A stretch of 64,000 bases of DNA from an uncultured bacterium (GTDB lineage: Bacteria > Poribacteria > WGA-4E > WGA-3G): contig CAZGAW010000002.1 in NCBI GenBank assembly GCA_964523645.1, positions 30,253-94,252 on the forward strand. The letters are read 5' to 3'. How positions within the stretch are numbered: the first letter of the stretch is position 1; the number at the start of each line of letters is the position of its first letter. Positions 34,528-43,668 of the stretch are shown here, in pieces. Made by a program: the position numbers and the translations under genes. Under the pieces are notes generated by a model. The model was given only the letters and a program-made list of their open reading frames with translations. It ran no database searches and had not been told where the DNA came from.

Positions 34528-36762
34528 CTATAGATTATAGAGAAACGTTACCTTAACAACAATAACCCGATTCTCCAATTGTAACGCACGACGAGGGGTC
34601 GTCCCAATGAGAGCATCACCCCAAGCCTCGTTATATGCAACGAAAAAATGACTTTTCGGACTATATTCCCATCCGAATAGAAGGCTAAGCAGATAACTCT
34701 GATGGATTTCGGTAGAAAGTGGACGTTCCCGGTTTGCCTGTGCAAACATTCGGAGAAACGATTCTCGCGTAAATAAGTAGGTCGCACGCAACGAACTAAC
34801 GAAAAACCTGCCATCAATTGCACCTTCCAAATCAAGACTCTGGGCGTAACTGCTGTCTAATTCTATGGAAAAGTTGCTCTGTGGACGTAAAGTCGATTGG
34901 AGCGTGATACCCCGTTGTCTGCCGGCTTGTTGTCGTGCAAAATTAAAATAGTCTGCGAAATCCATAGCGATACCGATAGCAATCGGATATGTGGCGTTGG
35001 TATCAAACTCAACCCCGTATCTGTTTGCCGTAAATACTTCAGTGAGTTCAACTTCCCGACTTCGAGTATAGTAGGCATTAATATCATCTAAGAGGATTTC
35101 CCTGAAATCCATTCCAAGGTCCGCCCCGACACTCCACCTGAGCAAATCTTCATCAAATTTAGGCGAAAGAGACAGTTCTGGGTTCTGTAACCCCCACTCC
35201 GTAAAATACAATGGTGTGTAAAGGCTTTGCGAAAGCCGGGTGGTTATACTGGAGAAAAATTGATGATTGCCCCAATGTGGGGAATAAGAGCCTCGCATAT
35301 AGACGCGCTGCCAGCCGCGATTCCGTTCTTTCCGTAGAAACCCTGTTTGGTTAATCTCAAAGTGGGGCGCGACCCGTTCAAATCCGATACCACTACTCCA
35401 GAGATAATTGCGCTGTGCGAAGTCAACAGTATACGCGGCGTTGTCGCTATCCTCGCCGGGATGAAAACTACCAGCGTATTGTCCGGTGAGATGATAGGTT
35501 TTACCCAAAGCGAGGTTCATATCAATACCACCCACTCGACTGTGTTCCCAATGATCACTGCCGGGCTGTTCCTTATTCACGAATAGGATTCCGACGTTCG
35601 AGCGTTTGAGGATGTCGCGTTTAACACGGATTGCAGAAAACCATGCTTCCTCCTTATCGGATGGCGTGCTATCAGAGAACCTGAATTCGCCTGTTTGGTT
35701 TCCCAAAACCCCGATAGAATAGTCACCAACTTTCCCCGTGAATTTACTGCCCCAAAGGATATTGCCACGGCTCCCGATACGACGGCTGAACATTAGATCG
35801 TATGGCGTTTCAAAGAAACTGTTGCCTTCAACAAAAAATGGACGTTTTTCTGGAAAACGCGTCGGGAATCGGGTCAGATTAATCTCTAACTGATCTGCTT
35901 CGACTTGTGCGAAGTCGGGATTGACAGTGACGTTCGCCTTTAAGGCACTCGTGAGGCTGTATTGCACATCCAACCCTGTTCCGAGTTGCCGCGTTAAATT
36001 AGAATCGGCGGCACGCATGCCGCCCCCTAAAAAATAAGGGGTGATTTCAAAATTCTTTCCCGTCTTAATCCCTTGGATACCTATAATATGCCCTAAATCG
36101 GACATCCGCGTGACGACACCCGCTTGGGTCAACTGTTTCCAGACTGTAACCTCACTTTTTCGGCGGTTTACTCGCTCAATGTCGAACCCCCAAATCTGTG
36201 TTGGCTTATCAGTGAACCGGAAGTTTGAAAACGGGATTTTGAACTCGGCACTCCACCCCAATTCATCAATATTGCTTTCAACCCACCAGATGCCTTTCCA
36301 GTTGCTGTCGCGTTGGGTGTCCTCATACCGATAATTATCACTCTGGACACCTGCTGGATTTGTGGCGAATTTATAGCCTGTACGGTGATCGTGGTGTGGA
36401 TCAATGAAGAAGGAGATGACATCCGAGGCATAGAGGTCCCCGCGTCGCGTCATCCGATTGATAATTTTGTTCGGTTCAGCGTCGTAACATCGGAATGCGA
36501 CATAGATGTTATGCACATCGTAAGCGATGCGGAATTCTGTGTCGTCAGTTGCTGGGTTCCCGCGTGACGGTTCGAGTTGAATAAAGCCGCTACGCGGTTC
36601 TGCCTGCTGCCATACCGCATCGTCCAACACGCCATCAATTTTTGGCGGTTCGCCTACAATTCGGTACGCTTCAATGACATGTTCACCCACACCTTCTGGG
36701 TGCGCAAAAAGGTATAGTGGATAGGCAATGAATAGCAGTAGTGCAGCTATAAATTTTAGCAT
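34528..36762 (-). CDS. CBM9-like + DUF5916-type outer-membrane protein
   Basis: IDGVLDDAVWQQAEPRSGFIQLEPSRGNPATDDTEFRIAYDVHNIYVAFRCYD N-terminal pattern; long beta-rich C-terminus ending in an aromatic-rich strand. Confidence 0.6.
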   Translation of the reverse strand: MLKFIAALLLFIAYPLYLFAHPEGVGEHVIEAYRIVGEPPKIDGVLDDAVWQQAEPRSGFIQLEPSRGNPATDDTEFRIAYDVHNIYVAFRCYDAEPNKIINRMTRRGDLYASDVISFFIDPHHDHRTGYKFATNPAGVQSDNYRYEDTQRDSNWKGIWWVESNIDELGWSAEFKIPFSNFRFTDKPTQIWGFDIERVNRRKSEVTVWKQLTQAGVVTRMSDLGHIIGIQGIKTGKNFEITPYFLGGGMRAADSNLTRQLGTGLDVQYSLTSALKANVTVNPDFAQVEADQLEINLTRFPTRFPEKRPFFVEGNSFFETPYDLMFSRRIGSRGNILWGSKFTGKVGDYSIGVLGNQTGEFRFSDSTPSDKEEAWFSAIRVKRDILKRSNVGILFVNKEQPGSDHWEHSRVGGIDMNLALGKTYHLTGQYAGSFHPGEDSDNAAYTVDFAQRNYLWSSGIGFERVAPHFEINQTGFLRKERNRGWQRVYMRGSYSPHWGNHQFFSSITTRLSQSLYTPLYFTEWGLQNPELSLSPKFDEDLLRWSVGADLGMDFREILLDDINAYYTRSREVELTEVFTANRYGVEFDTNATYPIAIGIAMDFADYFNFARQQAGRQRGITLQSTLRPQSNFSIELDSSYAQSLDLEGAIDGRFFVSSLRATYLFTRESFLRMFAQANRERPLSTEIHQSYLLSLLFGWEYSPKSHFFVAYNEAWGDALIGTTPRRALQLENRVIVVKVTFLYNL

Positions 36763-36814
36763 GCGTCAATTATAGTGGAAGTGTGCTGTGTTGTCAAATT
36801 TACTATTTTCTTTC

Positions 36815-36868
36815 CAGAGGGGTTTCAAACTCCTTATACTGACCGCCGACCGCTGATTGCTGACTGCC
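36815..36868. repeat. partial heptad element (CAGAGGGGTTTCAAACTCCT... ACTGACCGCCGACCGCTGATTGCTGACTGCC)
   Basis: Core hairpin plus 4-5 right-arm heptads. Confidence 0.6.
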
Positions 36869-37097
36869 GTTTTGTCGCTTTTCCTTGAAAAAATCGTTGA
36901 ATTCCTTTAAAATTCTTGAAATGTGGTTAGAGCAATGTGCCTATTTCTTTTTGGGTATAGCGGAATTCGAGAAAGGCACGTGAACCCCGAAGTCCACTTA
37001 AAGTTGTCCAAAGATTAGTCTTCATCGCATAACGCGCGTAACTCGTAACGAAATGGAGAGCGGATTCGAGAAAGGCGCGTGAAGCACAAACTCACGT

Positions 37098-37123
37098 CAT
37101 TTAACCGCAAGGAATAATTAAAA
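37098..37123 (+). promoter_or_regulatory. leader motif copy (TCATTTAACCGCAAGGAATAATTAAAA) directly before ATG
   Basis: CCGCAAGG-N12-ATG spacing as at 273 and 17708. A 25-bp direct repeat GCGGA(A)TTCGAGAAAGGC(A/G)CGTGAA occurs at 36960 and 37060 upstream. Confidence 0.6.
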
Positions 37124-37915
37124 ATGGTTGAACTTACACGGGAAGACATTGAATTTTTCAAAAATGAAGGGTATTTGGTGAAGCGAAACGTCCTGGACCC
37201 GGCATTGATGGAACGGGCACGGGCAAGACTCTGGGATGGTGCACCTGAAGGGCGTAAACGTGAGGACCCTGACACTTGGATAGGCCCCTTCACCCCTGAA
37301 GAGGAAAACATTGACAAAAACAACAACCGGCGCGGGTTCCGGTGGAACTTCCGTGAACCGGGTGGCGAAGATTGGATGGTTCAACTGCTCGCGACCGATC
37401 CAAACGTCTGGCGGATGGCTGAACAGTTTTTAGGTGAGGGAAATTTGGTGCAACCCGACCGTGTGCGTGGCATCTATTGCACGCTACCTTACGGCGATGT
37501 CCCGAAGAAATCGATCGGGTGTCACGTGGATGCGCATCCGTTTCATCTCGGTGCTGTCGGGTATATTGATGATGTGCCACCGGAAGGTGGCGGATTTACC
37601 GTTTGGCCAGGAAGCCATAAAACCTTCTATTACGATTACAATTCCCAATACAAGAACGAGCCGACACCGCAATACGAGATTGATCGTGAACGTCTCAGCA
37701 GAGAGTCAGGTGTTGAATGCTACGGGAACGCAGGGGATGTTGTCTTCTGGCACCATCGCATCGGTCATGCCGCCGGACATAACTATTCGCGACAGATCCG
37801 GCAGGCAGTTCTGTACGACTTCCGAAAGACGGAATTGGAGCAAACGCAGGAAGAGCCACCGAACGAGGATATGTGGCGAGATTGGCCCGGCATCAAGGCG
37901 TTGGAAAATTTTTAA
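37124..37915 (+). CDS. phytanoyl-CoA dioxygenase (PhyH)-family Fe(II)/2-oxoglutarate oxygenase
   Basis: LTREDIEFFKNEGYLV start, HVDAHP (HxD), distal HHRIGHAAGHN. Confidence 0.7.
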   Translation: MVELTREDIEFFKNEGYLVKRNVLDPALMERARARLWDGAPEGRKREDPDTWIGPFTPEEENIDKNNNRRGFRWNFREPGGEDWMVQLLATDPNVWRMAEQFLGEGNLVQPDRVRGIYCTLPYGDVPKKSIGCHVDAHPFHLGAVGYIDDVPPEGGGFTVWPGSHKTFYYDYNSQYKNEPTPQYEIDRERLSRESGVECYGNAGDVVFWHHRIGHAAGHNYSRQIRQAVLYDFRKTELEQTQEEPPNEDMWRDWPGIKALENF

Positions 37916-38078
37916 ATATACCTTGCGGGAGAACAACGCGGATTAGAACTTTGACGCACCTTGTTCTCAAGTCGCCTGCGCCGGTGTTGGAGGAAAAGGT
38001 CTGGCCCCAGCGTGTATTCAAAAACTTGAGTTCTTCCGAACTGTCTTTGGGGTTGATTGGTTGGGTCATAAGCGGAGC

Positions 38079-38098
38079 TGGCGTGGCGGTGGCCCTAA
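38079..38098 (+). repeat. 20-nt direct repeat, copy 1 (TGGCGTGGCGGTGGCCCTAA)
   Basis: 19/20 identical to 39895-39914. Confidence 0.8.
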
Positions 38099-38263
38099 TT
38101 AGAAATGAAGCCTAACAGTTGATTAGAATTGAGAACAGGGCGAGTGTCGTGAGGGAGAGGAGTATAGCGAACCGAAATAGCGTTGCCTTTTCCATTGACA
38201 AAACTTATCTTAACTTTGCGAAATTGTGGCCCAAATAAGCGTATGCACTACAGTTTTCATGTT

Positions 38264-38299
38264 AAAAAAAAAGGCGGCCCCACGTGAATAAAACCGCCT
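38264..38299 (-). terminator. rho-independent terminator of the 331-aa gene
   Basis: The minus strand reads AGGCGG-loop-CCGCCT followed by T9 (A-run 38264-38272 on the plus strand), 17 nt after the stop. Confidence 0.65.
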
Positions 38300-38315
38300 A
38301 TAAAAATAGTCTGGT

Positions 38316-39311
38316 TCAAGATTTAGGCAATCTGTTCCCCGTATTTTGTCTTAAAAGTTCATCTCTCACCTCTGCAATACGCTGTTTTAGCTCTTTTTCT
38401 ATGCTCATTCTTAACCATAGAAAATCATCTGAAGGAATTGCGTTCTTGAGTATTTTAGAACTGGCTTCTTCTGGGGGGAGTTTGAGATAATCAGGATCCT
38501 GACAACAATAGATAGCAATGGCATTTATACCATCTTTCACATGCCCCAGTGAATTCTCCTTAAAAAATCCAAGTTGACATATCCAGCGGACTGCACTACC
38601 ATAACTCATGTTCATGAGATGGCCAGATACACCGTAGTCATAAAACTCACATATCTCCCCCATAAAATTGTTCACAGTGTCCATCAAAGTTCTTAAATCA
38701 GAAACCATAAAAGAGTTAGAGTCGCCATATTCATATTTGTCATCAAGATGGGCGACCTTAGAATCGACATAATTCCAGAGATTTTTCATTGACTCTGCCG
38801 CCTTTATATGAGACTCAAGACGTTCTAAAAAGAGTGTAAACTCTTCGGTGTCTGCTTTGATGCTCGTATGCAAGTTACATATTTGGGTTTTTATCCTTTT
38901 CATAGAAATGGCTTTTCCAACCCCTGAAGATTTATCTGTTGTTAATTTCCGTAAGTTCACGAGTAAGGAATCGAAAGTTGATAATGTTAGATGTATCCAC
39001 AGAGGGGGATTCAGATCACGGAGGTCTTTATGATACTTAATTAAATCTTCTTCGGCGGCATGATAAGTTAAGTCAGACGGTTTTACATCCGCAAAGGCTA
39101 AGTATAGCCCGCGCTGATAATGCGCTATGAGAAATAGTTCCTTAAATTTCTTATACGATGAACTAAAGTCGCTTGCAAATTTCTGAATCTGCTTATCAAT
39201 GCTGTCAACCTTTTGGGGAGTTGCCTTTTGGCGAACGTCTTCATATTTAGCAATTATGTTCGCTTCAAGTTGTTCAAAATCTTCTGATTCCATATTTATG
39301 TCAAGTCTCAT
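38316..39311 (-). CDS. hypothetical all-helical protein, 331 aa, no recognisable family
   Basis: Long ORF in an A+T-rich segment, SD GGAAGG upstream, own terminator; no catalytic motif recognised by eye. Confidence 0.55.
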   Translation of the reverse strand: MRLDINMESEDFEQLEANIIAKYEDVRQKATPQKVDSIDKQIQKFASDFSSSYKKFKELFLIAHYQRGLYLAFADVKPSDLTYHAAEEDLIKYHKDLRDLNPPLWIHLTLSTFDSLLVNLRKLTTDKSSGVGKAISMKRIKTQICNLHTSIKADTEEFTLFLERLESHIKAAESMKNLWNYVDSKVAHLDDKYEYGDSNSFMVSDLRTLMDTVNNFMGEICEFYDYGVSGHLMNMSYGSAVRWICQLGFFKENSLGHVKDGINAIAIYCCQDPDYLKLPPEEASSKILKNAIPSDDFLWLRMSIEKELKQRIAEVRDELLRQNTGNRLPKS

Positions 39312-39340
39312 TAGGGTTTACCTTCCTTTGTTCTTGTAAT

Positions 39341-39368
39341 AGAGCGGTCCCACGCGAATAGAACCGCC
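39341..39368. repeat. second copy of the 38272-38299 hairpin (GAGCGGTCCCACGCGAATAGAACCGCCC)
   Basis: About 22/28 identical to AGGCGGCCCCACGTGAATAAAACCGCCT; the two copies bracket the 331-aa gene. Confidence 0.6.
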
Positions 39369-39894
39369 CTTTTCTATTTTCAGAGGGATCTCTACTTCAA
39401 AATCACCCTCACTGTTTTTCCAAGGCACCCCACGTCGTGCTGAGTTTTCGGCGGAGTATAGAAGGGGCCGATGGGGCAGATGTCTCGGGTTCGGGGAACA
39501 ACCAATCGCTTCACCGATTGAAAATCTGAAAAGGTTGGTAGCAACCCCAACGTGTAGACTTTCACCCCTGTTCCGAAGTATTACGCGCGCTACCGATACA
39601 TATTTAGAGTGGTGTCGCACTTCGCACTTACACCCGCACTACCGGGTCGGTTAGGACTCTGCTAGGGTGTGGCAGAGGTAGTGATTCCTAACCAAGTGCT
39701 TGATTACTATTAAGCCACACTTTCGGGGGAATGTCAAGTTTTTTTCAACAACACCCTACGCGCGTCCTTTCGCTTGTCGACGGCGCACACCGGGGCTGTT
39801 AGGGGCGGGCTGTCTTTATCGGTGCAGGTGTGGCTTTATTCACAAGCGTGCGGTGAAGTCTCAGATGGCATGTGTTGTGTGTCAACATAGCGAA

Positions 39895-39914
39895 ATGGCG
39901 TGGCGGTGGTCCTA
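39895..39914 (+). repeat. 20-nt direct repeat, copy 2 (TGGCGTGGCGGTGGTCCTAA)
   Basis: See 38079-38098. Confidence 0.8.
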
Positions 39915-40124
39915 AGTCTGATGACTTGCCTCATTTTTGACTTTTGTGTTATACTTTTCATTAACTTGGCGGATAGGAGTTTCACCTTGGCACCCCTCGT
40001 GTCGAGTCCTATCCAATCTCGTGAAACAGGTTGCATGCCAAATCGCCAAGGGAAGCCTAATTTGACATACTACTAACGGATAACTAATTATTGATCTGGC
40101 ACTTCACTCTATAGGAGAATTATC

Positions 40125-40982
40125 ATGAAAGAACCCCAATTTACTCAGCATCCAACGGAAATATTTGGTTATCCTTTTACTAACAAAAGCTCATACGCAC
40201 AAGAGGCGAGGGAAGAACAGTTCTGTCCCTTCTTAAAGGGTGAATGTAAAAAACCCCGAAAAAGTGAACCTGAAGTTAAAATTGGAACTTGCACACTTGG
40301 TTACAAAGGTAGTTTTCTCGAAAAGGTAACGCCTATTATTGTATGCCCTCATCGTTTTGAAGTAGCAGGTGTCTACAATACGATTCAGAAATTATATTTT
40401 GGCAATTTACCAGATGACTATCAGATAAGATGGGCATCTGAGGTATCTTGTGGAGGGGCAGGAAGTATTGATTTTGTCGCTGCCAAAATAAAAGGAGAGG
40501 AAATAGAGGATTTTCTATGTGTTGAAGTTCAAACGGCCGGGACCACTGGAACGCCTTGGGATGCAGTTACAGACTTTAAACAGACCGGAGGCTTTCAGGA
40601 GGAAAGCTATAACTATGGAATCAATTGGGCGAATCAGTTTATCAAAACAATGATGCAGCAGGTCTACAAAAAAGGGATGGTAATTACGAGTTGGGGCAAG
40701 AAAATTGTGTTTGTTATTCAAGATGTCGCACTCGCCTATATTCAGTCTACTACTGATACCCAGGATTTACATGAGGCAAGAGATAGTGATGCTATCCATT
40801 TTTGTACATTTCGGATGGTATGGGATGAAAATTCAAAGGCTTGGCAGCTGAAATTTGACCAGCAAGTGAGCACAGATATAGAAGGCATTCGGAAAATCTT
40901 AGGCGGGGCTCATGAAGATGAATTCCCCACCATCAGTGAGTTTGAAAATAATATCAATAGGCGATTAAATTTCCAAAGCTAA
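40125..40982 (+). CDS. type II restriction endonuclease, NotI-family-like
   Basis: N-terminal EIFGYPF...CPFLKGECKK...GTCTL...IIVCPHRF reproduces the Cys4 metal-site pattern and spacing of the NotI family; convergent with and overlapping a DNA methyltransferase. Confidence 0.6.
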   Translation: MKEPQFTQHPTEIFGYPFTNKSSYAQEAREEQFCPFLKGECKKPRKSEPEVKIGTCTLGYKGSFLEKVTPIIVCPHRFEVAGVYNTIQKLYFGNLPDDYQIRWASEVSCGGAGSIDFVAAKIKGEEIEDFLCVEVQTAGTTGTPWDAVTDFKQTGGFQEESYNYGINWANQFIKTMMQQVYKKGMVITSWGKKIVFVIQDVALAYIQSTTDTQDLHEARDSDAIHFCTFRMVWDENSKAWQLKFDQQVSTDIEGIRKILGGAHEDEFPTISEFENNINRRLNFQS

Positions 40983-42113
40983 TTGATCGAGATTTAACCG
41001 ATTTCTGGCAATTTCCGCATATTCTTCGCTTAACTCAATTCCAAGTCCCTGTCTATTAAGTTCATTCGCAGCCACTAACGTACTTCCTGTACCCATAAAG
41101 GGATCAAGGATAACGCTCCCAATTCTACTGGTCGCTTTAATCGGTAGCTCCAGTAGCTTTGTCGGAAAAACAGCGTAATGAACATCTTTTCTCCATTCAT
41201 CCTCTGGAACGATATTCCAAATATCACTCGGTAAATGTCCTTTAGCGGTGCTTGCCGTAATATAAAAACCTTTTGTCTTTAATTCCTTGGCACGTCCACT
41301 GACCTCCAAATTATCACTATGAAAGGTCCGTTGCTCACCTCTAATCGTCATTCTAAAATCAACTAACTCACCTTCTCTCATTCTTTCTAACGTCTCGTCA
41401 AGGGCTCTGATCGCCGCTGTGCGTTCTTGTTCATCTAATTCCTTAGACTCAAGAATCTGTCTACGGTATTTTTTCCCGCTGACGCCCGTGGCAGAAATAA
41501 CCTCTTTGCCATTTATTGATGGAAGTTTTTTCGGTTTAATCCTGACCCTGTCAGTATCGTAATAGTATCTCTTATTCTTAACAAAGTGAAATACATGTTC
41601 ATGGACATCTCTGAGTCTATCTTTCGCACTTTGCGTTCCTCTAATTTGATGCCATATCACATCATTCCTGAGAATCCATCCATCCTCCTGCATTGCGAGC
41701 GCAACCCGCCAAGGCATCCCCATCAGATTTTTGTTATGATATTTATCTCCTAAATTTAACCATACGGACCCATCCGGTTTTAATATTCTCTTTACCTGAA
41801 GGAAAATTCCAGCAAGTCTTTTCACATATTCTTCAGGTGTTTTTTCCTCACCAATCATCACATCAGTATCGTTTCCATTTGTGTGATATTTTCTCATTTG
41901 CCAGTACGGAGGTGAGGTAATGACGCAACCAATGCTCTCATCAGGGATTTCAGCCAAAATATCTTCACAATTCCCTATCAATACCCCATTTTTCTGATTT
42001 TCACTGAGGACCTTAGAAATTATCTGTTGATTTGTCATATTAATATTTCCTTCTGATTTTGGTAAGTTAGAATCTAATCCAACGTACTGTTTATCACTAA
42101 CACAATTGGTCAA
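40965..42113 (-). CDS. DNA methyltransferase, beta-class N4-cytosine/N6-adenine (N6_N4_Mtase type)
   Basis: Catalytic motif IV ITSPPYW near the N-terminus and AdoMet motif I ILDPFMGTGST near the C-terminus (beta-group order). Confidence 0.85.
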   Translation of the reverse strand: MTNCVSDKQYVGLDSNLPKSEGNINMTNQQIISKVLSENQKNGVLIGNCEDILAEIPDESIGCVITSPPYWQMRKYHTNGNDTDVMIGEEKTPEEYVKRLAGIFLQVKRILKPDGSVWLNLGDKYHNKNLMGMPWRVALAMQEDGWILRNDVIWHQIRGTQSAKDRLRDVHEHVFHFVKNKRYYYDTDRVRIKPKKLPSINGKEVISATGVSGKKYRRQILESKELDEQERTAAIRALDETLERMREGELVDFRMTIRGEQRTFHSDNLEVSGRAKELKTKGFYITASTAKGHLPSDIWNIVPEDEWRKDVHYAVFPTKLLELPIKATSRIGSVILDPFMGTGSTLVAANELNRQGLGIELSEEYAEIARNRLNLDQLALEI

Positions 42114-42221
42114 AATGTAGATTCCAGGATTTTCAGAGGGTTACCTCGTTATAGAATAGATGCCTCGTCCTACTGGAATAGGCGGTGGAGTGTTCCAGCA
42201 CCCCACCAACGAGGTCATACT

Positions 42222-42251
42222 ATTATACCATAAATCTAAAAGGATTCTCAA
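42222..42251 (-). promoter_or_regulatory. sigma70-type promoter (TTGAGA-18 nt-TGg TATAAT) for the methyltransferase
   Basis: The reverse complement reads TTGAGAatccttttagatttatggTATAAT, about 105 nt upstream of ATG 42113. Confidence 0.5.
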
Positions 42252-42420
42252 GAAAAATCAATGCCCATCTGAGGCATCCAGCGGGCTAGCGGTGTACCTG
42301 CTGCGTCGCGGGCTGCACGAATGTCGATCCCATTTTCTCGTGGTTCGTTTTCGTCAAAATGTTCCAGTCTTACCCATTGGATTTTGAGATCATGTCAGCA
42401 GTATGTTCAAGTTCTTCCGA

Positions 42421-42708
42421 TTAAACTTCAATGACCGATACTCCCTTCTCTGTGATTCTCCAGTGACCTCCGATAAAGCCATAAACATACTTATCAGCTT
42501 CAAGAAGGTCAAGAATGCCAGGAATCAAACGATTTTTTCCGTATAGGTGCCGCGGTATGTCAAGCTGTTCGCAGATTTCTTTCTGGGTCAAGGTTTCTCT
42601 ATGCTCACCTGTAGAATCTAAAGGTTGTTGATATAACACCAATAGCACTGCCCGCTTGAGTATTTCTAACCCGTAAGCGGCAAACTCGTTTCGTGTGTTG
42701 TTATTCAT
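42421..42708 (-). CDS. small winged-helix-like DNA-binding protein candidate
   Basis: 95 aa; LTQKEICEQLDIP...GILDLLEADKYV resembles a wHTH; located between the HNH-like and MTase genes. Confidence 0.4.
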   Translation of the reverse strand: MNNNTRNEFAAYGLEILKRAVLLVLYQQPLDSTGEHRETLTQKEICEQLDIPRHLYGKNRLIPGILDLLEADKYVYGFIGGHWRITEKGVSVIEV

Positions 42709-42911
42709 AAATCCACTTTTCCCCTTCCCCCGATATGCCGAGGTTCTTCTGACCTGAGCATTCCCCCCTAAAAAGAGCAGGGTGAGGATTGAAGAGCCAA
42801 TCCGACCTATCTGGGTGTTATGTGCGAGTCGTAAGCCAGTTCTCGACCGTCTTTATGAGTTCTGACATATTTCTTAAGTATCTTGTCATCGCAGATTTTT
42901 TGTTCAGAATA

Positions 42912-43406
42912 TCATTTGCCATATCTATCATATAAAACCTTTGCCTTCTGATAATCAATAAGGCAACTACCATGAGGAATAGCCGTTACAAACTGTCGGA
43001 TCTCTGCAGGAGAGAAAGACCAGTTAGAAGGAAGGTTTAACTTCCTTTTAGCAAGTCCATCTGCCGAGTTGCAGTCTCCACAAATAACAGTCTCTAAAAA
43101 ACGATCCAATGTTGAATGATCATGATGCCTTGTAAGAGAAGCAATCCATCCCCAGAAAACTTTACCTCCTGGCTTTCGTTTCGTCCAGCGTAGGATCTCA
43201 CGTTTATTTCTACCACATCCAGGACAAAACCAAGATTCAGGGGTTTCCTTCCAAAGGATCGGGCAATGTCCTCCATCATAGTTTTGGTATTCACTGTCTG
43301 TGGGAATACGCTGATGTTTCATCAAGAGGTCCTTCGGTGGAAAATCAGTCAGCAGTATTGAGCACCTTGAGCAACTCGTTGGAAGAATGGCGGGGGCGTT
43401 AGACAT
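42912..43406 (-). CDS. HNH / endonuclease VII-like zinc-finger nuclease candidate
   Basis: FCPGCGR ... LTRHHDHS ... ICGDCNSADG gives the CxxC...HxDH...CxxCN pattern of the T4 EndoVII/HNH superfamily. Confidence 0.5.
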   Translation of the reverse strand: MSNAPAILPTSCSRCSILLTDFPPKDLLMKHQRIPTDSEYQNYDGGHCPILWKETPESWFCPGCGRNKREILRWTKRKPGGKVFWGWIASLTRHHDHSTLDRFLETVICGDCNSADGLAKRKLNLPSNWSFSPAEIRQFVTAIPHGSCLIDYQKAKVLYDRYGK

Positions 43407-43430
43407 CCAAAAAAAACTGTTGGACCCACC

Positions 43431-43637
43431 TTAGCTGAAAAGCGATGCTTCATTTCGGCATTGCAGCAAGGGCATTCCGTGCGAGATATTTGTGAAATCC
43501 TCGGTGTCAACCGGGGCAGTTTCTATTATCAACCCAAAGAAGATCCGTCCGAAGCGGTTCTGCTCGCTGAAATAGAGAAACTTTCGGGACTGTACTGCCA
43601 TCGGTTTTTTAGACCACTGTCTAAACCAAGATTGTGA
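43431..43637 (+). pseudogene. IS3-family transposase OrfB 5' fragment
   Basis: Translation ...GHSVRDICEILGVNRGSFYYQPKEDPSEAVLLAEIEKLSG resembles the HTH_21 / N-terminus of IS3 OrfB; no start, truncated, and no DDE domain follows. Confidence 0.5.
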
Positions 43638-43668
43638 GACAATACAATCTACTTGAAAGGAGCATCCG

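Noticed and set aside
37434-37946. 170-aa alternative-frame ORF overlapping the PhyH gene (and 49268-49768 overlapping the second PhyH gene)
   Set aside because: The overlapping frames carrying the HxD/His oxygenase motifs are clearly the real genes. The alternatives are Arg/Ser-rich frame artefacts.
38068-38098. tRNA/tmRNA 3'-end-like att site (GGAGCTGGCG resembles the reverse complement of the E. coli ssrA 3' end)
   Set aside because: Only ~10 nt match. There is no T-arm (GGTTCGAATCC-like) or acceptor structure nearby and no integrase gene. It is kept only as a direct repeat.
37873-38115. 80-aa ORF downstream of the PhyH gene
   Set aside because: It has no SD, overlaps the PhyH 3' end, and contains the antisense leader-motif copy and the 20-nt direct repeat, so it is probably non-coding.
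39318-39620. 100-aa minus-strand ORF immediately upstream of the 331-aa gene
   Set aside because: It has no SD, its 3' end runs through the hairpin copy at 39341-39368, and its composition differs from neighbouring genes. It is treated as part of the non-coding/structured segment instead.
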